This document shows positions 27,972-38,700 of a DNA stretch of 64,000 nucleotides, piece after piece. Source of the stretch: an uncultured Saprospiraceae bacterium. Its GTDB lineage: Bacteria > Bacteroidota > Bacteroidia > Chitinophagales > Saprospiraceae. Where the stretch lies: the NCBI GenBank assembly GCA_964628385.1, contig CAZVOD010000012.1, forward strand, positions 3,731-67,730. The letters are read 5' to 3'. A program made the translations under genes and the position numbers. The number at the start of each line of letters is the position of its first letter. Within the stretch, counting starts at the first letter, position 1. Below the pieces are notes generated by a model. It made no database searches. It saw only the letters and a program-made list of their open reading frames with translations, and was not told the DNA's origin.

Positions 27972-30917
27972 ATGAATAATAAAATAACAACGGTAACACT
28001 GGATAATTTAGCTGGGCAACTAAAGGGAGATTTGCACCATGACGAATTGATGAAAGTACTCTATGCAACTGATGCGTCAGTTTACAGGATGCTTCCAACC
28101 GCAGTTGCGCTTCCAAAAGATGAGGAGGATATCAAAGTACTGGTAGATTTTGCTCATCGATATCAAATCCCTTTGATTCCCAGGAGTGCAGGCACTTCGC
28201 TTGCCGGGCAATGCGTAGGCGAAGGTATTGTAGTGGATGTTTCCAAATATATGAACCAAATACTGGAAGTCAATAAAGAAGAACAATGGGTGAAGGTACA
28301 ACCCGGCGTCATCCGGGACGAATTGAACTTGTTTTTGAAAGACTACGGCTTGTTTTTTGGCCCTAATACTTCTACTTCCAACAGATGTATGCTCGGCGGC
28401 ATGGTGGGCAATAATTCTTCAGGTACAACTTCTATCGTTTACGGTACTACCCGCGATCATGTGATGGAACTCCATACGGTATTGAGTGATGGCAGTATTG
28501 CTCTATTTAAATCCCTGACAAAAGAAGAACTCAAAGAAAAATGCCGGGATCATTCCAGTCTGGAAAGTAAATTATACTTACACATTCTCGAAGAATTGCA
28601 ACAGGAGGAAATCCAGGAAAATATTCACCGGGAATTTCCCAAAAAGTCTATACACAGAAGAAATACAGGATATGCAGTTGATGAGCTGCTGAAGTTACAG
28701 CCTTTCAATAAAAATGGGCAACCTTTTAATTTTTGCAAATTACTGAGTGGGTCTGAAGGGACCCTTGCTTTTACAACCGCCATTAAACTGCATGTAGATT
28801 TATTGCCACCGCCTCAGGAGGTAGTGGCCGCTGTACATTTTGATAATCTATCAGACTCTTTAAAGGCTACCGTTATAGCTATGCAGCATAACCCTACGGC
28901 TTGTGAGCTGATGGATAAAATCATTCTTGACTGTACGAAAGGTAATATAGAGCAGGAAAAAAACCGCTTTTTTGTTGAGGGGGATCCCGAGGCCATTCTT
29001 TGTGTAGAGTTTAAGGCCGCTACTGCTAAAGAAGCGGAAAAGCTGGCTGCCGCAATGATAGCGGACCTTAAAGCTGCCGGATTAGGGTATAGTTTTCCCA
29101 TCGTTCACCCGCCCAAAACCAAACGGGTCTGGAAGTTACGTTCTGCCGGCCTAGGCCTGCTGAGTAATGTTCCGGGAGATGCTAAACCGGTAGCCTGCAT
29201 TGAAGATACTGCGGTGGATGTAGAAGACCTGCCAGCTTACATTGAGGAGTTTGAGGGTATTATGGAAAAATATGATCAGCGATCAGTGTTTTATGCTCAT
29301 GCCGGAGCCGGCGAATTACATTTGCGGCCCCTCCTCAACTTAAAAAAGAAAAAAGACCGGCAGCTTTTCCATGATATCACGGAAGATACAGCAAAGCTGG
29401 TAAAGAAATACAATGGCTCGCTGAGTGGAGAACACGGTGATGGCCGCGTAAGGGCCGCTTTTATTCCACTCATGATCGGACAGGAGAATTATGAGCTCAT
29501 CAAAAGAATCAAGTCTGTTTGGGATCCCAATCATATTTTTAATCCGGGAAAAATTGTGGATGCTCCTCCTATGGATGAATCTTTTCGGTACGAAGAAGAA
29601 CCGGAAGAAAAGCATTATCCTACCGGGCTAAGCTTTGAACGCGAAGGCGGCTTACTGCGGGCTGTAGAAAAATGTAATGGCTCGGGCGACTGCCGGAAGT
29701 TGCCAGCTGCCGGCGGCACTATGTGTCCTAGTTATCAGGCTACACGGGATGAGAAGGACAGCACCAGGGCAAGAGCCAATGCCCTCAGGGAGTTTTTGAC
29801 CCATCCACCTGAAAACGGCAGTGTTTTTGCTCGGCCGGAACTAAAGGAAGTTATGGATTTGTGCATTAGTTGTAAGGGATGTACCTCTGAGTGTCCGTCC
29901 AACGTAGATATGTCCTCAATAAAGGCAGAATATGCTTATCAATACCAAAAAGCAACAGGTTTTACGTTTCGCTCAAAATTGTTTGCCGAAAATGCCAAAT
30001 ACAATGGACTGGCTGCCCGGTTTCGCCCAATTAGTAATGCGGTATTTTCCAATCCACTAACCAGTAAGATCATGAAAACCATTATGGGGATTCACCCGGC
30101 CAGGGCTATTCCCCAATTATCCAAAACCACTTTAAATCGTTGGTATAAAAAGCAGTACAAAAAGATGAAGCCTCAGGGGCCTTTGAAGGGCCGGGTCTGG
30201 CTTTTCTGTGATGAATATACCAATCTTTTGGAATCACATATAGGTATTGCGGCGATAGAACTATTAAGTGCATTGGGGTATGAAGTTAAAATGACCAGGC
30301 ATCAGGAAAGTGCCCGTTCTCATATTTCTAAGGGTTTTCTGGAAAAAGCCCAGAAGCTGGCCAATAGCAATGTGGCTCAATTTTCAGATTTAGTCTCTGA
30401 TGATGAACCATTATTAGGTATTGAGCCTTCTGCCATCCTGGGTTTCAGAGATGAATATCCTCGTCTGGTAGATGAGAATAGGATTGATCAGGCTAATGCA
30501 CTTAAGCAACATGTATTCCTGATCGATGAATTTTTGAGCCAAGAAATACAAAAAGGTAATATCACTGCTGAACAATTTACTCAGGATTCAGCACAAGTTT
30601 TGCTGCATGGCCATTGCCACCAAAAAGCGCTGTCTTCCATTGAAGATACAGCCTGGCTGCTAAGCTTGCCTGAAAATTATACGGTACAAACCATTCCATC
30701 GGGATGTTGTGGTATGGCTGGTTCTTTTGGATACGAAAAAGAACACTATGAGGTAAGCATGAAAATAGGAGAACTAGTACTTTTTCCAACTTTAAGAAAA
30801 GCTTCCCAAAAAACAATCGTCGCAGCTCCTGGCACCAGTTGTCGTGCCCAAATACTCGACGGAACCCAACGCGAAGCATTTCACCCTGTAGAAATCCTGA
30901 GAAAAGCCCTGATTTAA
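27972..30917 (+). CDS. YdiJ-like FAD-binding and (Fe-S)-binding oxidoreductase (D-2-hydroxyacid dehydrogenase family)
   Basis: FAD_binding_4 N-terminus (PRSAGTSLAGQCVG), FAD-oxidase C-terminal part (SGEHGDGRVR), a 4Fe-4S cluster motif (CISCKGCTSECP) and a cysteine-rich CCG-like C-terminus (CCGMAGSFG). The start was moved to ATG 27972 (MNNKITTV) because the track's TTG-initiated extension has no coding character. Confidence 0.9.
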   Translation: MNNKITTVTLDNLAGQLKGDLHHDELMKVLYATDASVYRMLPTAVALPKDEEDIKVLVDFAHRYQIPLIPRSAGTSLAGQCVGEGIVVDVSKYMNQILEVNKEEQWVKVQPGVIRDELNLFLKDYGLFFGPNTSTSNRCMLGGMVGNNSSGTTSIVYGTTRDHVMELHTVLSDGSIALFKSLTKEELKEKCRDHSSLESKLYLHILEELQQEEIQENIHREFPKKSIHRRNTGYAVDELLKLQPFNKNGQPFNFCKLLSGSEGTLAFTTAIKLHVDLLPPPQEVVAAVHFDNLSDSLKATVIAMQHNPTACELMDKIILDCTKGNIEQEKNRFFVEGDPEAILCVEFKAATAKEAEKLAAAMIADLKAAGLGYSFPIVHPPKTKRVWKLRSAGLGLLSNVPGDAKPVACIEDTAVDVEDLPAYIEEFEGIMEKYDQRSVFYAHAGAGELHLRPLLNLKKKKDRQLFHDITEDTAKLVKKYNGSLSGEHGDGRVRAAFIPLMIGQENYELIKRIKSVWDPNHIFNPGKIVDAPPMDESFRYEEEPEEKHYPTGLSFEREGGLLRAVEKCNGSGDCRKLPAAGGTMCPSYQATRDEKDSTRARANALREFLTHPPENGSVFARPELKEVMDLCISCKGCTSECPSNVDMSSIKAEYAYQYQKATGFTFRSKLFAENAKYNGLAARFRPISNAVFSNPLTSKIMKTIMGIHPARAIPQLSKTTLNRWYKKQYKKMKPQGPLKGRVWLFCDEYTNLLESHIGIAAIELLSALGYEVKMTRHQESARSHISKGFLEKAQKLANSNVAQFSDLVSDDEPLLGIEPSAILGFRDEYPRLVDENRIDQANALKQHVFLIDEFLSQEIQKGNITAEQFTQDSAQVLLHGHCHQKALSSIEDTAWLLSLPENYTVQTIPSGCCGMAGSFGYEKEHYEVSMKIGELVLFPTLRKASQKTIVAAPGTSCRAQILDGTQREAFHPVEILRKALI

Positions 30918-31053
30918 AGTCAGTTATGGCATGAATAAAAAGATCGTTCTACTGATTTCGATTAGTACACTAATTTGGAAGGTATTTCACAAAAAAAGTC
31001 ACAAAGAAGTGATATTATTTCTATAATTGTAAAAAAGATAATTAGCAAGCATT

Positions 31054-32334
31054 ATGAGTTTGGATCCAGTTGTTTTGGCTATACCGATGTATTTTACCCT
31101 AATGGGAGTTGAGCTTATCTACGAGGCGATCAGTAAGCGGAAGACCTACCGCCTGAATGATGCTATTACCAATATGAATACAGGAGTGTTAAGCCAATTG
31201 ACAGGGACTTTTCTGAAGATTTTCAAGATTGGTATCTATGCTACTGTATTTGAGTATTTCGCTTTTTATAAAATAGAACCTACCTGGACAAGCTTTTGGA
31301 TCTTATTCATACTATGGGACTTCGCTTACTATTGGGATCATAGGATGGCCCACCGGGTAAGCCTGTTTTGGGGTGGCCACTCTGTACATCATCAAAGCGA
31401 GGATTACAATTTATCAGTAGCTTTAAGACAGAGTTCTACAGCCATGATCTGGGGAGTGCCTTTTTACTTACCGCTGGCTTTGATGGGCTTTGATCCCGTT
31501 CAATTTACGATCGTAGGTGGCCTGAATCTCTTGTATCAATTCTGGATTCATACAGAGCATATTGATAGGATGCCCAGATGGTTTGAGGCTGTTTTTAATA
31601 CACCTTCGCATCATAGGGTGCATCACGGTAGAGACCCTAAATACATCGATAAAAACTACGCTGGTGTTTTTATCATTTGGGATAAGCTTTTTGGCAGTTT
31701 TAAAGCTGAAGAAGAAAGGCCACACTACGGAGTCACCAAACCCATAAATAGCTGGAATCCAGTATACGCTAATTTTGCTCATTATATTGACCTTTTGGGT
31801 TATGTTAAAAAAGCCAGAAAACCCGTGGATGCCCTGAAAATTCTTTTCTACCCACCGGGATGGATGCCTGACTACCTTGGCGGCCAGGAAAAGGTAACTG
31901 AAGTAACGCAGGCTTACCAGAAATACAATACCAGCACTATGCTACAAATGAATCTCTACATACTGGTACAATTTATTGCTGCCTTGGCCATCAATGCCAA
32001 TTATTTCTTCAATAATGAAAGCTATGATGATACCACAAAAACGCTCTACGCCGTTTGGATTGTTATCACTACTCTGATGTTTGGCTTCCTGTTTGAGACG
32101 AAGAAAAGATGGATTAAGGTATTGGAAATAGTTCGTCTTGTTGCTATACCTGCGGGCATAGGAACGCTCAATTATATTTCAGACAGTCCTGTCCTGACCA
32201 TTTTATTTATTTCGTCATCGGTCTTTGCCCTGCTAAGTATATTTATGCTTATAGGAATAAGAATAAGTTCGAGAGAGCTTTCTGAAACGAACGATCAGCA
32301 ATTGGCAGTGCCTAAGGTTTTTGAAGATATATAA
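31054..32334 (+). CDS. fatty acid hydroxylase / sterol desaturase family membrane protein with an extra C-terminal TM region
   Basis: Histidine boxes HRMAHR, HSVHHQSE and HHRVHH, followed by about 130 aa of additional hydrophobic helices. Confidence 0.8.
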   Translation: MSLDPVVLAIPMYFTLMGVELIYEAISKRKTYRLNDAITNMNTGVLSQLTGTFLKIFKIGIYATVFEYFAFYKIEPTWTSFWILFILWDFAYYWDHRMAHRVSLFWGGHSVHHQSEDYNLSVALRQSSTAMIWGVPFYLPLALMGFDPVQFTIVGGLNLLYQFWIHTEHIDRMPRWFEAVFNTPSHHRVHHGRDPKYIDKNYAGVFIIWDKLFGSFKAEEERPHYGVTKPINSWNPVYANFAHYIDLLGYVKKARKPVDALKILFYPPGWMPDYLGGQEKVTEVTQAYQKYNTSTMLQMNLYILVQFIAALAINANYFFNNESYDDTTKTLYAVWIVITTLMFGFLFETKKRWIKVLEIVRLVAIPAGIGTLNYISDSPVLTILFISSSVFALLSIFMLIGIRISSRELSETNDQQLAVPKVFEDI

Positions 32335-32338
32335 ACCA

Positions 32339-33706
32339 TCAATTTTTCTTTCTATTCATATATTGTTCAAACCGCTGTTGGTATATCTGGATTTCTTCCT
32401 CGGTCATTCGACCCATGTAGCGCCTGGATAGATCGGCCCGTTCGCGTACACCAGAAGGCGCCAGATCCAGAAACCTGTTTTTACCATTTCCGCGTTTTCT
32501 CAGCTCAAACTCGTCGTATAATTCTCCGGTAGCGGTATATGCTTTGTAGTTTAGGCGATTTCCATCCACTTCAATGATTTGATAAAGCTGGGTATTGGAA
32601 GCTACCCGCTCTAGCCATTCTTCGAAATTGAGCGTGTACATTTTAGGACCACTTACAGAGACTACATAAACCGGACCGAGATGGTCGTTTTTTTGTCCAA
32701 AATTCACATTATGGCCCCTGCCATAAGTATGATCATGGCCTTGCAAGACGATATCCACGCCATATTCTTCAAACAAAGGTTGAAATGCTTCCCGCAGCTC
32801 TTTGTTATCTCTGCCGGCAGCAGTAGAGTAGATAGGATGATGTTGAATGACTACTATCCAGTTTTTATCGTTATTTTTTAACACCGCTTTGAGCCACTTC
32901 TCCTGCCTTTTCAGGTTTTTTTCATCCTGAAGCATAGGCATGGTATTGAGTGCAATAAACCGGGTATCCTGATAATCTATGTAATAAACTGTTTCTTCCA
33001 TTTCTTCCGGGCCATTCCGGGGTAGTGTAAAAGTGGGTCGCCAATGCTCAGATAACAAACGATCTCTTCCAAATCTGTAATACTCGTGATTACCTGGCAC
33101 TACAATACTGGGCTTCATACCATAAATCCATCCTCCGGCGTAGAACCATTCGCCCCATTCCTCATCGCGGTTGGCAACATTGATCAAATCACCAGCATGG
33201 ACCATAAAGTCAAAATCCGGTGCTGCAAGAATGGCTTCTCGAATACACCTGGACCAGTAAGACTTAATTTCATTTTGAGCATCTCCAAAGTAGATAAAAG
33301 AGAAAGGTGCTGACTTATCTGAAGCCGTAGTAAAATGTAACCACTCGCTGTAGTTTTTTCCATCTCCCACCCGATAAACATATTTAGTATCCGGCTTCAG
33401 ACGAATCAAAGAAACGGAATGATAGATAGCTACGTTCCTATTACTTTTCAAAGTTTCTGAAAAAGCTAGTACCGTATCTGTATTATTGTAAAAAGTGGGG
33501 TCTGATAGAGCTTCAGCAATTTCCAGCCTTGCTCCTTTGACAGACACATCGGTTCTCCAGGTAACAGATACTGCGTGAGAGGGATCCTGACCGAAATTGA
33601 GCATTATACGATCAGGTACCGGACTGGGCGGATAAGGATCAGTAGTTTGTGCAGACAACGCTGAAAAAACAACCATCAACGCTGTAATCAAAGGGAGTAA
33701 CTTCAT
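32339..33706 (-). CDS. purple-acid-phosphatase-like metallophosphoesterase (secreted)
   Basis: Signal peptide and a PAP N-terminal FN3-like domain (VSVTWRTD). Metallophosphoesterase motifs: YFGDAQ, AGDLIN, PGNHEY, QHHP, GHDHTYGR. Confidence 0.85.
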   Translation of the reverse strand: MKLLPLITALMVVFSALSAQTTDPYPPSPVPDRIMLNFGQDPSHAVSVTWRTDVSVKGARLEIAEALSDPTFYNNTDTVLAFSETLKSNRNVAIYHSVSLIRLKPDTKYVYRVGDGKNYSEWLHFTTASDKSAPFSFIYFGDAQNEIKSYWSRCIREAILAAPDFDFMVHAGDLINVANRDEEWGEWFYAGGWIYGMKPSIVVPGNHEYYRFGRDRLLSEHWRPTFTLPRNGPEEMEETVYYIDYQDTRFIALNTMPMLQDEKNLKRQEKWLKAVLKNNDKNWIVVIQHHPIYSTAAGRDNKELREAFQPLFEEYGVDIVLQGHDHTYGRGHNVNFGQKNDHLGPVYVVSVSGPKMYTLNFEEWLERVASNTQLYQIIEVDGNRLNYKAYTATGELYDEFELRKRGNGKNRFLDLAPSGVRERADLSRRYMGRMTEEEIQIYQQRFEQYMNRKKN

Positions 33707-33936
33707 ACTTAAGGCTTTTTCTTTTTTCCTCTAATAAATATAGGTAAAACTTCTTGAATACTTGCCTACACCTTGTTAGTTTTCTTCGAAGAGCTCCCTT
33801 TCTTTCCCTTCAAAGAGCTGATTTATTAGAATAAAAATGGACCACCTTCTTTTCAGAAAATGGCCCATGCTAATCAAATACGTTTATGAAATTCTGATTC
33901 TCTCAAAGCGCAGAGAATAAGTAGTATTGTTTCTAT

Positions 33937-35760
33937 TTATTCCCATCCGAAATTCTGCGTCAAATTCGGGTTGATGATTACCTGAGTAGATGGAATAGGA
34001 CGATAGTAGTATTTAGGTTCAATAAATGTTCCTCTTTCATTGATGGTTTGTACATTTCCACTTGTACCGTTTTCCAGGTATACACCACCATCACCGTCTG
34101 GCAAGCTGGCTCTGTAGTAGATCAATTGTTTTCCTAACTCATTTACTTCTTTATTAGAACCAGCAGGAATAGTTTCAGATACATCAATTAGGATAATATC
34201 TTCCACGCCATCACCGGTCAGGTCGTATTTACCAAGGTCTGAGAAATACAACCCTTGTGGCACTTGTTCTAACAATTTACCTGCTTTCCAACGCATAATA
34301 TCATCGAAGCGATAACCTTCCATTGCCAGTTCTACACGACGTTCACGGCGGATTTCCAGCAGCTCTGCCCATTGGCTGGTAGAGGCTTCGATACCGGGAT
34401 AGCGAGCCTGCTGTACCGGATCAACCTTTGGCCCTATTGTCATCGCTGGCATGTTGACACGCGCTCTTAATTCATTGATTGTCAAATCCAGATCAGCCTG
34501 TGTTAGTTCTTCCAGCTCTGCTCTTGCTTCTGCATAAATCAATAAAATCTCGGCGTAGCGAATTATAGGATAATCTACTTCTCTGATAACAGCCGGATCA
34601 GTAGAGTTAACCCATCCTTTTACCTGGTGGTATCCTGAGAAGTTTTTGTTCAACTGCTGAATATATGGCTCACCAGCCTCTCCCTGAGCATAAGTCTCCA
34701 CGCGATAAAGTATAAACCCGGGAGCAGCATACGTCTGAGACAAACGTGGATCGCGGTTTTCGAACTCCTCTACAAAAGTCTTCGTTTGGTACCCTTCCTG
34801 CTCGGTATAGAAAGAACCATCAGCCATCAAGTAAGACTGTAATAGGTCTTTGCTTGGGCAAGTTTCAAAGTTACCAAAGATGATAGTAGAGTTTCCGCTA
34901 TTCTTAAGGTTATCAACCGAGATATTGGTGAAGATCACTTCCGGGTTGGAAGTCAAATCACCGGAAACAAATAGATCGTAGTAATCAGATTCGGGATTTC
35001 CAGTGTTGTAGATGTTGAATTCACCGCTATTGATAATTTCCTCGGCTGTAGTTTTTGCCAGTTGGATATAGCTATCAGCTGTATTTTGAAGGTTCAACTC
35101 ATCATGGTATTTTCTGTAGGTACCTTCGTACAAAGCCATACGGGCCAACTCTGACTTTACTAGCATTTGGTTTACAGCGCCTTCAGGCTGATCTGCGAAT
35201 ACATTTTCGGCCGCAAACTGTATGTCTTCAAAAATTCTATCCACCACGAAAGTACGTGGGTCACGATCTTTGAACAATGCTTCTTCATCGCCGGTCTCAA
35301 TAACCTGATCATACCATGGTACATCTGAATAACGTTTTACCATACCCATATAATAACGAGCTCTGAAATAACGAGCAACCCCTTCGTAGTGGGCCTTAAC
35401 GTCATCAGCTACGTCAGCTTTATCAAAATTGTCAAGAAAGAAGTTAATGGTACGCAGCCTACCCCAATTCCAGCCTCCCTGGATAGTATTTGAAGAAGGG
35501 CTGGTAGTCATTATTGTCTTCAATTCTGTACTACCGGTATTTGCACAGTTGTCGGTTGTGCTATACCCATCAGCAGTGTACATCCCTCCATTCGGGAAAG
35601 TGTACAAATTATTTACGTAAATAAATAAGTCTTCCTCGGTATTGAAAAAGTTTTCTCTACCGATTTGTGTTTCGGGGAAACGGTCTAGGAATTCATCATT
35701 ACAAGAAGTAAAAATGGAAGCCGCCACCACGAGGAAAGAAAATAGAAATATATTTCTCAT
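33937..35760 (-). CDS. SusD/RagB family nutrient-binding outer membrane lipoprotein
   Basis: Lipobox (IFTSC) and SusD-like motifs (IRYAEILLIYAEA, IRRERRVELAMEGYRFDDIMRW). It lies directly downstream of susC. Confidence 0.9.
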   Translation of the reverse strand: MRNIFLFSFLVVAASIFTSCNDEFLDRFPETQIGRENFFNTEEDLFIYVNNLYTFPNGGMYTADGYSTTDNCANTGSTELKTIMTTSPSSNTIQGGWNWGRLRTINFFLDNFDKADVADDVKAHYEGVARYFRARYYMGMVKRYSDVPWYDQVIETGDEEALFKDRDPRTFVVDRIFEDIQFAAENVFADQPEGAVNQMLVKSELARMALYEGTYRKYHDELNLQNTADSYIQLAKTTAEEIINSGEFNIYNTGNPESDYYDLFVSGDLTSNPEVIFTNISVDNLKNSGNSTIIFGNFETCPSKDLLQSYLMADGSFYTEQEGYQTKTFVEEFENRDPRLSQTYAAPGFILYRVETYAQGEAGEPYIQQLNKNFSGYHQVKGWVNSTDPAVIREVDYPIIRYAEILLIYAEARAELEELTQADLDLTINELRARVNMPAMTIGPKVDPVQQARYPGIEASTSQWAELLEIRRERRVELAMEGYRFDDIMRWKAGKLLEQVPQGLYFSDLGKYDLTGDGVEDIILIDVSETIPAGSNKEVNELGKQLIYYRASLPDGDGGVYLENGTSGNVQTINERGTFIEPKYYYRPIPSTQVIINPNLTQNFGWE

Positions 35761-35787
35761 GATATAAGATGTTTCTTGTTTGATAAA

Positions 35788-38700
35788 TTAGAATGTTAGG
35801 TTAATACCCGCTGCATAACGACGTTGGAATGGATAAGCATAACCAGAACCACTCTGACGAGATACGCCATTTGCCGGATTGAACCTCACCTGTACGGCAT
35901 CAGTAATTGATTCAGGATCGTAAAAATCTTTTACCCCAGACCATTCTGTTAGGTTTTCACCACTAATAAATACTCTCAATCTTGCAATATTAACCTTCTG
36001 AGTTAAAGCCGCTGGAAGCGTGTAACCGATAGTGAGGTTTTTAACTCTCAAATAAGAAGCATCTAGCAAATGGGCCGTCTGTGGAATAGCCAAACCTTTC
36101 GTCTGATCTACACGCTCTCCCAGGTTACGGTCAGCCAACCAGGCTTGTAGGTGTGGGAAAGAGGCATCCAGGTTTTGATCAGCCAATCCCTGATCAACAT
36201 ATGACTTGGAGTGCTTAGCTCTTTGTGCTTCACTGTCAGCATTAGCACGGTAGTAATCCAAAGTGTGCACCTGCCCACCTTCGTACGGCTGCTGGTAGAA
36301 TGACCAATATAGATAATCCTGTGGGTAGTAGTCTCTATCTCCTATCCCCTGTAAAAACAGGCTAAAGTCAAAGCCAGCCCAATCGAAGCCAACATTCAAA
36401 CCAAAGTTAAATCTTGGCATAAAGTTACCGATGACTTTCAAATCTCCTGGATCGTCAACTGTCAATGAACCTTTGTCTACTGCACCATCACCGTTTTGGT
36501 CAATAAACCTAGGCCATCCGGGTACGATAGAAATAGCGCCCCATGGAATCAAAGCGGTTTGATCTAAAGCAGCAATTTCCTCTTCGTTGGCAAGGTAGCC
36601 ATCGCTTTCAAGTCCCCAAATTTCACCAATTTCCATTCCTTCATAAAACTGCGTTAGTCTTCTGTCTGGATTATCAAATCTTGTAATAAACGTACGGCTG
36701 TCCGAAAGCACCCCTCTAATATTAAAGTTGAAAGGCTTACCTCCTACATTGAAGCTGTTTCTGTACTCCAAAGAAAGATCCCAGCCTTCGGTTTCCAAAT
36801 CAGCTGCATTTTCGTTTGGCTCAGCTGCACCCAATACGTCTGGAAGGTCTCTACCCTGGGTCAACATGCCTTCTGTTGTTCTGCGGAAAACATCAAAATT
36901 TACCAGGAACCGATCTTCAAAAAGTCCTAAATCAATACCAAAATTAATGGTGTTCACATCTTCCCAGGTGTAGTTAGAAGAAACCAAAGAAGGTGGAAGA
37001 ATGCGCTGTGGAATTTCACCACCAATAACAAAATTACCTGGTGTAGCAGTCAATGATGGAATATAACCGTAGTTGGAAGCAGCCTGATTACCCAAAGCAC
37101 CGTAAGAAGTACGCAGCTTCAAGTAACTCACTGTATTTAGTACATTAGCAAAAAAAGGCTCTTTGTCCACCCGCCATGCTAAAGAAGCAGATGGAAAGAA
37201 TCCAAAGCGATTCTCTTCAGGGAAGCGAGAAGAACCGTCGTAACGACCGTTGAATTCAACGATATACTTATCTTTGAAGATATAGTTGATTCTACCAAAT
37301 ACACCACGTACTGACCAATCTGCTACAGATTCAGAAACATCATCCTCACCTGTTGCCAGTGCTAAAGAAGGAAGGGCCGAAGAAATCAAACCTTCTCTTT
37401 GAGCTGCGAAGAATTCCTGACGGAAAAATTCCTGGTTAAAACCAGCAATTACCTGAATTTTGTGATCATTACCAATGCTTTGGTCATAGGTACCATAAAC
37501 GTTCAATACATCATAGCGATCAGAAGTATAACTTCTGTAAGCTCTGCTTTCACCCTGCTCGCGGATATCACCAGGAGCGTAACCGATTAAGTAGGGTGTT
37601 CTGAACCATTCTCTGTTGGTATTTCCTCTTCTTACCGTAAATTCTGTATTGATTTTGAAAATATCTTTGATCACTCTTGCTTCTGCAGAAATAGTAGTCT
37701 GGAAAGAGTTGTATCTGACTTCATCCTCTCCACCATTTTGCAATTGTGCCAACTCCCGGCCTACGTCATTGTTAGCAAAAGAACCATCAGGGTTCATATC
37801 CCATGAAATCGGATCAAGGTTGAAAAGCTCAAAAATGCTCAAATAAGATGGACGTTGAGTCAAGGTGTTAGAAAGGAAAGAGTTATTTCCGATGGTTAAC
37901 CAGTCATTAACCTGGAAATTAACCTTTGCTCTCAAGTTGTATCTGTCAAAATAATCGTCAGCTACAGCAAGTGCACCATTTGTTCTATTGAAACCACCAG
38001 CAAGGTAATAATCAGCATTGTCAGATCTACCGCTAATGCTCAGGTTGTGATCCTGAGAGAAAGAATTTTCTCCCATGAAGTAGTCTACCCAATCTCTATT
38101 ACCCATGTATTCCCATGGCCCGGTGCCGTTCACCTGCCTCACCGCTGGAGCACTTTCAGGATCATCAGAACGCTGTCTGGCCCACTCGTAAGTCTCATCT
38201 GAGAAGTTCTGGTTATCCCATGGAGTGTTATCGGTAGAAGTTTCTTTTACCCTCAAGAAAATGTAAGGATCAGTAGTTCTTTCGGATAAAACAGTGGGTG
38301 TACCAATAAACAAGTTATTGGAGTAATTTACGGTAACGCCTTCAGACATACCATTTTTGGTGGTAATCAATACGACACCAAAGGCAGCTCTTGCACCATA
38401 AATAGCTGCAGCAGAAGCATCTTTCAATACTGAGACACTCGCTACGTTCTGTGGAGCAATACGGTTCAACTCAATAGGATCAACGGGTACGTTGTCTACC
38501 AGGATCAAAGGTTCACCACCATTAATAGAGGTAAAACCACGAATGTTGAACGTTGCTGCCTGGTTAGGTGCACCTGAGTTAAAACCAATATTCAAGTTAG
38601 GCGCAGCACCCTGTAAGCCCTGAGCTAGGTTGTTGATTGGTCTTGATTCCAGTTGTTCCGTATTGATTACGTCAACAGCACCAGAAAGATTAGCTTTCTT

